Assembly (NCBI GenBank): GCA_965237775.1 | Contig: OZ250155.1 | Location: 5,057,419-5,121,418 of the forward strand | Direction of reading: 5' to 3' | Length of the DNA stretch: 64,000 nucleotides | From: Dehalococcoidia bacterium | Lineage (GTDB): Bacteria; Chloroflexota; Dehalococcoidia; Lucifugimonadales; UBA3495 | Shown here: positions 8,849-19,412 of the stretch, piece after piece | Position numbering within the stretch: position 1 is the stretch's first letter | Layout of the letters: the number at the start of each line of letters is the position of its first letter | Made by a program: the position numbers and the translations under genes | Notes under the pieces: model-generated | What the model was told of the DNA's origin: nothing | Database searches by the model: none | The model's input: only the letters and a program-made list of their open reading frames with translations

Positions 8849-10522
8849 CTACGGGGTGATGGTCCATCGGACCTCCGCCGCCTTTCCGCCCCGGGCATGG
8901 ACGTAGGCCGTGTACCGGCCCGGTCTCCACCTTTTGGGCGGCGTCGGACCCGCGGAGGAACCGAGGGTGCCGCCTATGTAATGCTCCTCCATCGTGACGT
9001 CCCGTGCGCTCTCTTGGAACCGGTGCCCGTCCTCGTACATGACGCTTATCGTGAACCGCACGGTCCTGGGAGGCCCGGAGAACCGGTGCTCGTACGCCAT
9101 CCAGATGAACAGGGGTTCTCTGATCTTGCCAGAGGAGAACGACTCCCTCGAGGTTCCGGCGGCGCCCTCCCGGACCTCTATCCCGGTTATCCTCCCGTTC
9201 ACTTGGGGCATATCCGGGTTCGGCTTCGACCTGTCGTAGAGGTCCTCCCGGTAGGGCCCTTTTCCGTCGTGCCAGCGGTCCATGACCCTCTGGGCCGCCT
9301 GCGAGGGAAACTCTGCCCTCAGCCGCTCCACGGCCGTGGTTCCCGCGTCCGGCCTCTTCCGGTACATGCACACCATGCCCAGGCGGAACTCGTGCGTTCC
9401 GGCCGTGTCGTGGAGGTCGATGAAGAGCCTGTGTCCCAGCGCGTAGTCGCAGAGGCGGGACGTGTCCGACGGCGGCATCTCCTTGATGCTGCCGTACCGG
9501 AAGCAGGGCGGTTTCCTGGGGTGCATCCTCCGCCCCTCCTCGGCGCTTTCTAGGAACTCCGTTATGAAGTCGGCCATGCCCTCGTTCACCCACTTTTCGT
9601 CGCTGTTCCAGTAGTAGTGGGCGACCTCGTGGGCGGTTACCCCGGGCAGTGCCTTCTCCTTGCCCTCGGTCTGTGGGGTGATGACTATGGCAGCCCCGTA
9701 GTTGGCACCCGCGAACCCCGGCGCTGCCGTGTCGGCGAAGAGGAGCACGGCCATGTCTGTTGGGAACGGCTCGCCCATGAATCTCTCCGCGCCTCGCACC
9801 GCTCTTTCCAGCAGGTCCATGGCCTCTCTGGAACGGACGGGTCCGGTCCTGATGACCCTGAGTTCGACGGTTCCCGCCAGGGGCAGGCTGACGCTTCTGC
9901 TCTCCATCTGGGCCTCTCCCAGGCCCGGTAGGATGTCGGCGAGCTCGGGGTTCCTCTTCCGCACGGCTCCCAGCGCGGCTATCAGCGGGGTCTGCCGGTT
10001 GGTGATCCCGCCTGTCAGCCCCGGGTGCTCAAGCAGCCTTCCGGGCGCGTCGGAGTCGTCCTGGAGGAGGATGTTTATCTCCCGGAGCGCCTGCAGGTCT
10101 CCGGGCCCGTGGTCCTTGAGGAACGGCATCCCGAGCAGGGATACCGTCTCCTCCGAGTGTTTCCTCGCCAGCGCGTAGAGGAGCTGCTCCAGCGTCCTCT
10201 CCTCCCGGTCTGTCAGCCCGTCGGCGATCCACGGCAGGGCTGTTATGGTCCTGGCCGTCTCCGGGTGGGCATGCTCCAGCCAGGCGGCGTTCCGCAGGTC
10301 CGTGAACGAGCTCAGCCGGCCCGAGCCCTGCCTGGGCGCCCTGGTGGGGGCGGGCGTGCTCCTCTGGTTTATGGCCGGGGTGGCCGTTGGTTTGGGAGGC
10401 GTTGGCCGGGGAGCGCAGGTGGGATACGCAAGGTTGGCGGGCGCGGGGAGCGAGGTTTCCGGTGAAGGCCCGGAGCAGGCGATGGTGAGCGCGGCCGCAA
10501 GGGCCAGGAGGACGGCTCTCAT
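8849..10522 (-). CDS. Lipoprotein zinc metallopeptidase (gluzincin/M1-like)
   Basis: Lipobox LTIAC, Pro-rich linker, HEVAH...WVNEGMA (HEXXH plus downstream E). Confidence 0.82.
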   Translation of the reverse strand: MRAVLLALAAALTIACSGPSPETSLPAPANLAYPTCAPRPTPPKPTATPAINQRSTPAPTRAPRQGSGRLSSFTDLRNAAWLEHAHPETARTITALPWIADGLTDREERTLEQLLYALARKHSEETVSLLGMPFLKDHGPGDLQALREINILLQDDSDAPGRLLEHPGLTGGITNRQTPLIAALGAVRKRNPELADILPGLGEAQMESRSVSLPLAGTVELRVIRTGPVRSREAMDLLERAVRGAERFMGEPFPTDMAVLLFADTAAPGFAGANYGAAIVITPQTEGKEKALPGVTAHEVAHYYWNSDEKWVNEGMADFITEFLESAEEGRRMHPRKPPCFRYGSIKEMPPSDTSRLCDYALGHRLFIDLHDTAGTHEFRLGMVCMYRKRPDAGTTAVERLRAEFPSQAAQRVMDRWHDGKGPYREDLYDRSKPNPDMPQVNGRITGIEVREGAAGTSRESFSSGKIREPLFIWMAYEHRFSGPPRTVRFTISVMYEDGHRFQESARDVTMEEHYIGGTLGSSAGPTPPKRWRPGRYTAYVHARGGKAAEVRWTITP

Positions 10523-10692
10523 TGGGCGATGTGGGGGCTTACATCTGCGGTGAGATCTTCAAGCCACCTGCCGTCGGTGCTTTGCGGACCCATCTCGTCA
10601 ACTGTTCGGATAGCCTCACCGATGACTTTCTGGGCGTTGATGCCTTGCGTCTTGTCGTCCGGGAAGTTCTGTTTCGTCATGCACGGATTGTT

Positions 10693-10956
10693 TCAGGTGT
10701 CCGCCTTCCCGCGTTTTATCGTTTTGGTTGGGGACCGGCCCGGCGGCGCTCGGGTTTTCGGCGCCTCCTCCTGGAGGTCTCCGCTCCCCAGCTTCTCCAC
10801 CTCCTTGTTGTGGATCTGGTGGCAGTCCCCGTAGCGGATGGGGGTGATGACGAGCGGGTCCTCGCTCTGGATGTAGTAGTAGGCGTGCCCGCCCGGCACC
10901 GGGAAGCTCCAGAGCCTGTCCGCCGGTATCGCCTGCATGGACTCGAGCTCCCGCAC
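10693..10956 (-). CDS. Small hypothetical protein or gene fragment
   Basis: Protein-like composition (WSFPVPGGHAYYYIQSEDPLV); no family recognised. Confidence 0.35.
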   Translation of the reverse strand: MRELESMQAIPADRLWSFPVPGGHAYYYIQSEDPLVITPIRYGDCHQIHNKEVEKLGSGDLQEEAPKTRAPPGRSPTKTIKRGKADT

Positions 10957-11554
10957 GAGGGCCTTCCTGATTTGTTTGAGCGCCCGGGCGCGGGCGTTGC
11001 GGCCGGGGACGCCGCGTGCGTGCCCGTGGGGCTCGGGGCGCCGGTGGCATGGGGCTCCGGCGTCCGGGGGCAGGAGATGGCGAGCCCGGCCCGGCCGCGG
11101 GGGCGAGGGAGACGGCTCTCATCGGACGGCGGGTCCTCTGTGCTGAAGTCTGCCCTCAAGCTGTCAGCAGGGGAGCCGCCCGGGTTTTACCGTTTTGTGA
11201 GGCGTCCTGCGCTCATGTTGCCGAGGGTGCCGCTTGTTGATCCCGCGTGGTTCCTGCCGCGCAGGCGCGGCCGTTTTTGTTCCTCGCGCCGGTGTGGTGT
11301 TTGCCGGAAGATGGCTGGGTGTTTCCTCGGCTCTCGTACGTCCGGGGCGGGTGCGCCCCCGCCCGGAAGTCCATTTTGCGCAAGAAGGGCCGTGGCCTTA
11401 CCGGGATGGACGACGCAGCGACGTTGAGCGATGGGGACACCGTCACGTGGCCGGATGCGCCGCCGGATTCGCGTACATCGGGGTGCGGTGTGAGGTTGAC
11501 AACAGCCGCGTCATCTTCCCGTGGGGCTGGGCGTCGTCCCGTGCGTCCGCTCGT

Positions 11555-11660
11555 TTCCACCTGGCCGTCCTCGTCCCGGCCCAGGGTTGCCACCCTGGCG
11601 TTGTCGTAGAGGCAGCGCCGGGGCGCCCTGTCCAGGTGCTCGAAGGCGTTCACTTGCACT
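11555..11660 (-). pseudogene. IS21-family transposase fragment
   Basis: NAFEHLDRAPRRCLYDNARVA resembles the IstA catalytic-core motif. Confidence 0.6.
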
Positions 11661-11728
11661 GGATGAAGGCTGCCCGTCGCCCTGGGGGTTGGGGCCCGCC
11701 GCGAGACGGGCCCCTGGATGTTGCGTGG

Positions 11729-14700
11729 TTATTCCCACGGTGTGGCGTATACCAGTGGCGCATTGGCCCCCCACGGGCTGGAGTAGCCGTTCCGGTATGC
11801 CTTTACGGTGTACTCGTACGCGACACCGGCCTGTGCGCTGTGGTCGATGTGGGATGTGGATGGTCCCCTGGTGTAGGCGACCAGGACATGGTCCCGGTAG
11901 GAGTCTCCGATCCTGAGACTGTCGGAGGCCAGCTTCCGGTATATGCGGTAGTTGGTCACCTGTCCGGCGCGTTCCTGCGGGGGATTCCATGTCAGCCTGA
12001 CGGTGGTGGGGTCCAGCATGCGGGCTTCGAGGTCCCGGGGTGCGTTTTCCCACTGGCGCTCCGCCGCCGGCATGACGACGTGGGCCGTTACGCCCTCCTT
12101 TTGGGGGCCTTTGATCCCGAAGTGGTTCTGGGCCAGCACCCGGTAGGTGGTCTCGGAGTTGTACCCGGTTGTCATGCGGATCGTGGTGATATGACCGCCT
12201 GTTGCGCCGACTATGGTGTACTCGTTCGGGTTTCCCTCCTTGGTCTGGACGATGTAGTTCCTGGATTGACCGCTGGCGGGCTTTTCCCAGTGCAGCCTCA
12301 CGCTGGAGGCGCCCTCGCGGTTGAAGGTCAGCGCCGGCACAGCTGCCGGGGTGGTCACGGTGGCCCGTTCGATTGCCGACCAGTCGCCGGCAACCTTGTC
12401 CTTGAGGGCCCGCACCTGGTACTCGTGGAGCGTCTGGTCGGTGGACCAGTCCGCGAAGTAGAGGCGCAGGGTGGTGTCCTGGTATTGCCATTCGCCGCTG
12501 TCTATGCGGTATCGGAGCTGGTAGCCGGTTACGCCCGGCGTCTCCGACTTCGGCCACTGGACGAACAGTTGCGTCCCGAAGGGAGTGAGGGTGAACTTCT
12601 TCGGCGGCGCGGCGGTCCGGTACCAGACTCCGGTGGCGATTTCGCTCCACTGGCTGACGCCGCCGGCGTTCTCGGCCCTGACCCGGTACTCGTGGGTGGC
12701 GCCCGGGGTGGGGCCGGTGTGGCGGTGGCTGGTCTGCGCGGCGGCCACGGTGGCGCTGTTCCACCGTTCGGTGTTCTGTTCTCTGAACTGGACCCGGTAC
12801 TCGTCGATGAAGTTGCCGGCGGGCCTGGTCCAGCTCACCAGGATGTCGTCTCCGCTGATGGCGGCTGTCACGCCCGTGGGAACGCCGGGCGGGATGACCC
12901 ACATGGCTGACACGGGTCCGGCCCATGGGCTGCTGCCGGCGGAGTTCACCGAGCGCACCTGGTACGAGTGGGTGATGTCCCCTGTGGCTCCCAGGTGGGT
13001 GAACGAGGTCTCGCTGGCGTTCACGCTGGCCGTGGTGGTCTCGTCGGAGCCGCTCACGCCGTACTGGACCTGGTAGGTGTCGACGATGCCGGCTTGGGGC
13101 GCGGTCCACGAGACGGTGATGGCGGAACCGCTCACTGCGGCGGCGAGTTCGGCCGGCGCTGCCGGCGCCAACGTGCGGCTGGCGGTGAGGGTCTCGGACC
13201 ACGCGCTTTCGCCGGCCGTGTTGTGGGCGCGGACCCGGTACTGGTACGTCACGCCCTCGGTGTTGTCCGAGTGCGTGAAGGAGGTCTCGTTCGCCGCCCT
13301 GTTGACGGTCTCCAGGCTCCCTGCGTCCTGCTCGCCGTAATGCACCCGGTAGCCGTCGGCGGTGCCGGTCTCAGGGGCTCCCCAGGACAGGACGATGTCC
13401 GATTCGCCCACGGCTGCGGCGAAGTTGGTCGGGGCCGATGGCGCCAGGCGGCGCATGATCTCCACGTCCTCGGACCAGGGGCTGTCTCCGGCGTCGTTGT
13501 GGGCCCGTACTGCGATGCGGTATGCGACGTCGCCGGTTGCGTCCGTCAGCCGGAAGGCGGTCTGGGCCTCGGGGATGAGGTCGCTCTCCACGGGGTCGGC
13601 GTCTCCGGCCTGGTGGCTGACGGTGTAGCCGTTCACGTGGACCGTGCCGGGCCGTTCCCAGGTCAGCACGATGTCATCCCCGTCGATTTCTGCCGACACG
13701 TTCTGCGGCACGGCCGGCGGCGTCACGCGGGTGGCGGATGCCGGGTCGGACCAGGGGCCGTTGCCGGCGGAGTTGTGGGCCTGCACGGCGTACCTGTGCG
13801 TCACGTCGGCCTGGGCGCCTTCGTGCCGGTAGGTGGTGCCGGTGATGGCCTCGGCCAGCTTGTGCCAATCTCCGTCGCCGGTGGCGTGGCGCACCCGGTA
13901 GCCGTCGATGAAGGGGCTGTCGGGCGCCGTCCACGCGAGGACGTTGTCGTCGCCCTCCACCGTGGCGGTCAGGCCGGCGGGCCTGCCGGGCAGCGAGATC
14001 ATGGTCACCGGCTCGGACTCGGCCCAAGTGGACCCGCCGTGCCGGTTGCGGTGCTGCACCCGGTAGCGGTACTCCACGTTGGCCTGAGCAGTATCGTCGG
14101 AGTGGCTGTTCTGGGTGACGTCGGCCGGGTCCTGCCAGCCGCCCTGCTCGTCCCGCCGCTCGAGGCGGTATCCGGCGACCGTGCCGGCCGTGGGCGCGGA
14201 CCAGCTGAGGTCGATGACGCCTTCGCCCACGGTGGCCGTCAGGCCGGACGGCGGGGCCGGGGCCTCGATGTCGGCGGACGCCGACTCGTCGCTGATGTTG
14301 TCGGCGCTTCGCGCCCTCACCGCATACGAGTAGGGGACGCCGTCCTCTGCGGCGCTGTCCGTGTGGGCGTTGGCGGTGACGTTGTCGGCCAGCACGGTTG
14401 CGGCTGCGCCCCGGTCGTTCCTGAGCACCTGGTATCCGGTGACTTCCGGTCCTTGGGCCGGCTCCTCCCACGAGACCGTTACGGTCCCGTCGAAGGGGTC
14501 CGATATGGACGCCGATACCGCCGTCGGCGGCAGCACTGGCCGGGCCGGCACTGTCACCGCCGTCTCGGCGGCCGGGCTGTTGCCGATGGCGTTTCTAGCC
14601 ATGACCCGGTAGGTGTAGGTGGTGCTGAAGGCTGCGTTGTCGTCGGTAAAAGAGGTGGCGCCCTTGCCGGGGGTTGAGATCTCCGTTTCCTGGCCGCCGT

Positions 14701-15244
14701 CCGAGCGCAGGACCGTGTAGCCCAGCAGCGGGTAGGGGACCTCGCACTGGGCGGCGGCTGGAACCGTGGACGCCGTCCAGGTCAGGGTGACGGACGCGGC
14801 TTCATCCGCCGCTTCGATCTCGGCCAGCTCCGCGGCCAGGCCGCCGGGCTCCCCGGGAGCTTCGGGGACCGATGCCGAGGCTGTCGCCGAGGCGGGGCTA
14901 AACCCCTGCTCGTTCCGGGCCATGACGGTGTATGTATAGGATGTTCCGGGTTCCACCGAGTGGTCCGAGAAGGTGGTGGCGGTCCCGGCGGCCTGGAACG
15001 CCTGGCCGTCGTCTCTCGTGATCGTATAACCGGGCACCGGCGCGCTGAGCGCGTCCCAGCTGACCCGGACGCGCGGGTCCCCGCCCTCTGGGACGATCAG
15101 GTGGGCCAGGGGGTTGGCCGGGGTTCCGGGGAGTCCGGCGCCGGCGTTGGCCGCTCCCTGGTGGGCGAAAAGCAGCGCCGCGGCGACTGCGATTGTGACT
15201 GCGGCCGCAAGCCAGGGCCCCTCGTAGAATATGGGTATTCGCAT
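11729..15244 (-). CDS. Secreted multi-fibronectin type III repeat protein
   Basis: Signal peptide followed by about 11-12 repeats of the type P..P..L....LSW..P......GY.V...Y.YRVRA.N..G.S.WS. Confidence 0.92.
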   Translation of the reverse strand: MRIPIFYEGPWLAAAVTIAVAAALLFAHQGAANAGAGLPGTPANPLAHLIVPEGGDPRVRVSWDALSAPVPGYTITRDDGQAFQAAGTATTFSDHSVEPGTSYTYTVMARNEQGFSPASATASASVPEAPGEPGGLAAELAEIEAADEAASVTLTWTASTVPAAAQCEVPYPLLGYTVLRSDGGQETEISTPGKGATSFTDDNAAFSTTYTYRVMARNAIGNSPAAETAVTVPARPVLPPTAVSASISDPFDGTVTVSWEEPAQGPEVTGYQVLRNDRGAAATVLADNVTANAHTDSAAEDGVPYSYAVRARSADNISDESASADIEAPAPPSGLTATVGEGVIDLSWSAPTAGTVAGYRLERRDEQGGWQDPADVTQNSHSDDTAQANVEYRYRVQHRNRHGGSTWAESEPVTMISLPGRPAGLTATVEGDDNVLAWTAPDSPFIDGYRVRHATGDGDWHKLAEAITGTTYRHEGAQADVTHRYAVQAHNSAGNGPWSDPASATRVTPPAVPQNVSAEIDGDDIVLTWERPGTVHVNGYTVSHQAGDADPVESDLIPEAQTAFRLTDATGDVAYRIAVRAHNDAGDSPWSEDVEIMRRLAPSAPTNFAAAVGESDIVLSWGAPETGTADGYRVHYGEQDAGSLETVNRAANETSFTHSDNTEGVTYQYRVRAHNTAGESAWSETLTASRTLAPAAPAELAAAVSGSAITVSWTAPQAGIVDTYQVQYGVSGSDETTTASVNASETSFTHLGATGDITHSYQVRSVNSAGSSPWAGPVSAMWVIPPGVPTGVTAAISGDDILVSWTRPAGNFIDEYRVQFREQNTERWNSATVAAAQTSHRHTGPTPGATHEYRVRAENAGGVSQWSEIATGVWYRTAAPPKKFTLTPFGTQLFVQWPKSETPGVTGYQLRYRIDSGEWQYQDTTLRLYFADWSTDQTLHEYQVRALKDKVAGDWSAIERATVTTPAAVPALTFNREGASSVRLHWEKPASGQSRNYIVQTKEGNPNEYTIVGATGGHITTIRMTTGYNSETTYRVLAQNHFGIKGPQKEGVTAHVVMPAAERQWENAPRDLEARMLDPTTVRLTWNPPQERAGQVTNYRIYRKLASDSLRIGDSYRDHVLVAYTRGPSTSHIDHSAQAGVAYEYTVKAYRNGYSSPWGANAPLVYATPWE

Positions 15245-15597
15245 GGTCTCTTCACCTCGCCTGTGTCGTATAAATTCAACGTAGCACGGTGTTGACGTCC
15301 CGCGTTTTAGCTTTTTCGTAGGTCGAAGGTCCGGGGCCGTCCCGGGAAGCGTCGGGTTGTGGTGGGTGTGCCCTGGGCCGGGCGGCGCGCGCCCCGGAGT
15401 TTCAGGGGTTTGCGTGAGGGCAAGTGCGCCGGTCCCCTGTGCAAGTCGGTACGTCCGTGGGAGGTTGATAAGCAGGCCCTTCTGGTACTTGGCGTTGTTG
15501 AGAATGAGGGCGGCTGCCCGTTGGCCGGTCGGCGTGACTCATGGGCATCAGGTATGGCCCGGCCGTCTTTTCTCCTCGCCCTGCTTGAATGAAAAAA

Positions 15598-15617
15598 GGA
15601 CAGGCGAAAGCCTGTCC
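15598..15617 (-). terminator. Intrinsic terminator-like hairpin, copy 3 of 3
   Basis: GGACAGGC-GAAA-GCCTGTCC, T-run on the minus strand. Confidence 0.6.
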
Positions 15618-15807
15618 CTGGGTGGTCCCGCCGCCGTCCACTCACCCAACGCGGCGTCGGGATCCTTGTCCCTGGGGGTTCCGATAGCCCTGCGGCAGCT
15701 CGGTGCGGCGCCGACGGCTGTGGGTCAACACGTGGTCGCTTGACCCGGGTGACGGATGATGGGTCCGTCGTGTTCGGTCGCCTGTCGGGGCTGCTCCACC
15801 GTCTATT

Positions 15808-16500
15808 TCAGGCGAGTACCCCCTCCGGCAGGTCGACTTCCTGCCGGCGCGTGCCCGTGAGTGGGCTGTCCTCTGGCAGCGGGACGGAGTAGTGGACGAC
15901 CGCTTTTCCGGCGTGGACCTGTATCTCAGTGGTGAGTCTGCCCAGGAAGTCTCTGGCCTTCGGAGACCGGCCGTCGGCCAGGACGAAGCGTTCCGGGTTT
16001 TCCCTGACCTCCTGCAGGTCCTGTCTGGTCAGCCTGTGTTCACGTGCTTCAGCGTACCGCTGGGGGTTGTTTGCCACGCCCAGCACCCTGGAGATGTTCT
16101 CCTCGGTCAGGACCGCCTGCAGCACCTCGCCGATGAGCGGGACCTCCGCGCTGCGGGCGTGCAGCCGCGGCGCCTTGCACCGGTTCCAGCCGTTGCCCGG
16201 ACCCGGCCGGCAGGGGTAGCTGGTTTCCTCGTCGCCGTGGGTGTCGTCCAGCGCCATCGGCCCTCCTCAGCTCCCGCAGGTAATCATCCCGTCCAGCGCG
16301 GACTTGGGGGGAGTTCGTATCGACTTGGCCCCCAGGTTGATGAACTGCCAAGGTGTTGCAGGTCTGCCCTGCAGGTCCACCCACCGCTTCGCCCCACAGG
16401 CGCATAGCTCCATGTCGAGCCGGCACGGGAAGGTCCCGGGAGCTGGATGCTTTTCCGATGCTTCATGGAGAGAAATACAAAACTCGAAGCGAAGGAAGCC
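15808..16500 (-). pseudogene. Second copy of the zinc-ribbon-domain gene (6399-7112), 5' part frameshifted
   Basis: 15808-16257 is close to the C-terminal 150 aa of 6399-7112; upstream similarity continues in other frames. Confidence 0.75.
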
Positions 16501-16530
16501 CCCGGCACAGAACGCCGGGGCTTCCTCTCC

Positions 16531-17358
16531 CTACGACCAACCAGCTCCCATGTGCATCAGGCCCGCGAGGGAATATGCCCAGATGTGCCAAACAAACCAC
16601 ATGAAGGCGTAGGCGAAGGGCCGGAGGTAGGAACTTGGTAACAGGATGCTCTCGGTTAGCTCATCTCTAAGAACCAAGCCCGCGCCCCTTCTGCGCACAC
16701 TATTGACCCACATTCTCCAGAACACCATGGCCAAGATGAGCGGGACGACGATGACCCATGACAAGGAAAAGAACGGGACGGTAATCATCAAGAACAACGC
16801 CAGCAGGGTCCAGGTGTAGTTGGGAGGGAGCAGGTCGGAGGTCTCGGCCCTGGCGTACATTGACTCAGGCTCGCGGTTGTTTCCGTGCCGGTTGGTATGC
16901 CAGATGGAGACCAACATGGTGGCGATGTTGACCGGGATGGGGAGTATCAAGGTCACCGCCACGATGTTGATGACGAACTGTGGAAAGTCGGGGTCTATCG
17001 GTCCCTTGACGAAGTTCTCCCATACGTAAGCCGCCGAGATAACGATGCTCGGCACTATCGTGCTCCAGACCCACAGGGCATACGGGACCGCGCGCGCCCT
17101 GTGGGATATTACAGGTGAGAGACCGGCCTCCTTTACCCTTCGGTTGGCGAACAGGTAGGGTATCAGGAGGTGGGTGGAATAGACCGCCGCGGTGTGGGCA
17201 TAGAACCGGTTGCTGTAGCCGTGTTGGCGGAAGTTCTCGCTCCATTGGAGGAATGCGACCGGGGCCCACAGGTAACCGGCTCCCATCAACGCGAGCATGA
17301 GCAACGGCCCGGCGGCCAGGAAGAATATACCCGTTACGCTTATGGTCTCAAATGACAT
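16531..17358 (-). CDS. Multi-pass membrane protein, hypothetical
   Basis: 275 aa with several hydrophobic helices. Confidence 0.7.
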   Translation of the reverse strand: MSFETISVTGIFFLAAGPLLMLALMGAGYLWAPVAFLQWSENFRQHGYSNRFYAHTAAVYSTHLLIPYLFANRRVKEAGLSPVISHRARAVPYALWVWSTIVPSIVISAAYVWENFVKGPIDPDFPQFVINIVAVTLILPIPVNIATMLVSIWHTNRHGNNREPESMYARAETSDLLPPNYTWTLLALFLMITVPFFSLSWVIVVPLILAMVFWRMWVNSVRRRGAGLVLRDELTESILLPSSYLRPFAYAFMWFVWHIWAYSLAGLMHMGAGWS

Positions 17359-17635
17359 GCTTCGACACTTTCCCGTGCTGGTCAGGGAAATTATAGGGAT
17401 TGTGCCAGGGTTTTACCTGCAAGCTCAGATCTGTGGAAAATTGGATTTCCATGCCGGGTGAATTATGCACAGTTTCTGGCGCCCTGCGGCTTGGCACGAG
17501 AAATCGGAAGACCGGCACGAACGTCCCCGATGCCGGTCTCTTCACTTCGCTCGCCCACCGGTCTGGGGAGGCGTGGGGGTTCTTGGTCAGTTCCGTCTGG
17601 CGGTCGTCCTCCCGGGCAATAGAACTGTGCCCCCC

Positions 17636-17831
17636 CTGACAGGGGTATGTAAACACGAGATTATAGCTACGAACCAGCCCCACCACGCCTGGATTCCGGC
17701 ATAGTCCGCAATGACAGAATAGGCCCGATAGCGAGCATTTCGGGGCGATTTAGTATCTGATCAAGCCTGCCCTACTTTGCGGTCTCACGTTCGACTGCAT
17801 AAGTCCCAAATCAAATACATACCCCTGTCAG
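17636..17831. mobile_element. 196-bp MITE with 16-bp perfect terminal inverted repeats
   Basis: CTGACAGGGGTATGTA (17636-17651) and TACATACCCCTGTCAG (17816-17831), flanked by C6 on both sides. The same 16-mer precedes a transposase-like start at 62036/62140. Confidence 0.75.
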
Positions 17832-18036
17832 CCCCCCGGCCCCCGGTCGAGACAAGGAAGGGCCGGGCGCAGCTGTCCGGGTCCACGTGCTGGGCGGTGA
17901 ACGTTGCCCTGCCCCTGTTGTTGTCCCCGTCACTGTTCTCCGCACGGCTGTGTTTGATGCCTTACTCGTCTTTGTGATACCGTCCGCACGCCCACGCAAA
18001 GTTTCCCCAACCTATCTAAGCGCGGAAGAGGAAGAT

Positions 18037-19049
18037 ATGGCGAGATTCAGTTTGCCAGCCATCCTTGGTATATTGGCCATGTCCCTAGTCCTGCTCGTGG
18101 CCTGCGGTCCCACTGCCCCACCCTCCCAGTCCGGCGCCCCCCAGTCCCGACGCCTCACCCGGACGCCCCGTCGGACGAAGACGACTCTGCCGACAAGCCT
18201 ACACCCGACATACCGCCTACCGATAAGCCTACCAAACCGGCTCGCCCCACGCCAACCAGAGACCCCGGGGACCCTCCGTCGCCCACCAAGCCACCCCTGC
18301 CACCTCCCCCAACTGCCGACCCAAACAGGGCACCGGACAGCCCGCCAGCACAGCACCCGGACGGGATCGCGGGTTGTCGCGCCATAAACCTGTTCGTCGT
18401 ACCCGTCGAGGATACCCGCTACCTTACTTGGTGCATGGAAACTCTATCGGACGACGTTAAGGCCAACTGCCGGGGCACCGGGACCGCTGACCAGGAACTC
18501 GCCTGCGCCCGGCAAAGGTTGGCCGAAGTGAAGGACTACGGGATGCGCGAGACCTTCGTTCCCTGCGCGGCCATCACCGACCAGGAGGCGCATGCGACCT
18601 GCTGGGAGGATACGGCCCGCGCCCACGAAGAGCACTACGCGCGTTTGATAGTGGTCTGGAACAAAATCCTCCCGGTGGTGAACCGAGACCCCAAGGTGAA
18701 GGAGCACTTCAATGCGATGGTAGAGTGCGTCCAAAGTCACGGGAAGCAGCCCCCCCGGCTTGGGGAACCATTGCTTTGGCAGTGGCTCGGCGATGGATCG
18801 CCGCCCGCCGGGAGACGCTACGAGAAGGAAGCTAGATGGCAGCAGATCGTGGACTCTTGCGCCCACGAGTCGGGTCTCTACGACGCCCAAGACCTCGCTT
18901 GGATTGCCACAGTCCGGGACTTGGCGAAGAGGGATCCGGACAAGGCGGCAACCATTCGAGATGCGGGGCTGGTGGAGGTGCTGGAAGCTCCCGGTCCGGC
19001 CCCTTTCCTAATCAACCGCAATTTCGCGGCAAGGCAAGCAGGTAGGTGA
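18037..19049 (+). pseudogene. Lipoprotein, frameshifted (18037-18387 and 18435-19049)
   Basis: MARFSLPAIL...LLVAC lipobox, Pro/Thr linker, Cys-containing helical C-terminal part paralogous to 8061-8564. Confidence 0.65.
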
Positions 19050-19068
19050 TGCCATGAGAATAAAGATT

Positions 19069-19096
19069 GCACAATCCCTTTCAAAGGGGATTGTGC
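19069..19096. terminator. Hairpin downstream of the lipoprotein gene
   Basis: GCACAATCCC...GGGATTGTGC 10-bp stem; no clear U-tract. Confidence 0.4.
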
Positions 19097-19241
19097 TAGG
19101 GCCTGTGGACATTCAGATTTTGAGGTAGTTCCAATGGCAAAGGAACGTCTTGTTTCCTCTGACAATCACTGAGAATTCCAGTCCCGAAGCATCGCTTTTC
19201 CGGCCGTCGTCTTGGCATTCGCCTTGGGCTCTGCCTGCGTC

Positions 19242-19412
19242 GGGAGCTATCACGCCCACTAAATTGAAGATGAACATCCTTCTCCTCGGCGTGTTAACGT
19301 GCGCGCTCGTGGCCTGTTAACGTCGGCACCAACAACGACGCCTATCCGCGCCCCGCAGGAGCCCGTCCCGGAGATAGCGGAAGCCCTCCTCTGGGAGGTA
19401 GACAAACACGAC
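19242..19412 (+). mobile_element. Decayed left part of the lipoprotein cassette also found at 45802-46021
   Basis: Begins GGGAGCTATCACGCCCACTAAATTGAAGATGAACATCC; near-identical to 45802-46021 with an internal deletion and a stop. Confidence 0.8.

Noticed and set aside
10530-10680. Short minus-strand ORF (MTKQNF...GRWLEDLTADV) resembling an R-M/helicase N-terminus
   Set aside because: Too short to support a family call by eye.
11234-14677. Long plus-strand ORFs (558 and 569 aa) and similar antisense ORFs elsewhere
   Set aside because: Shadows of GC-rich coding sequence on the opposite strand (FN3 gene) with no recognisable motifs.
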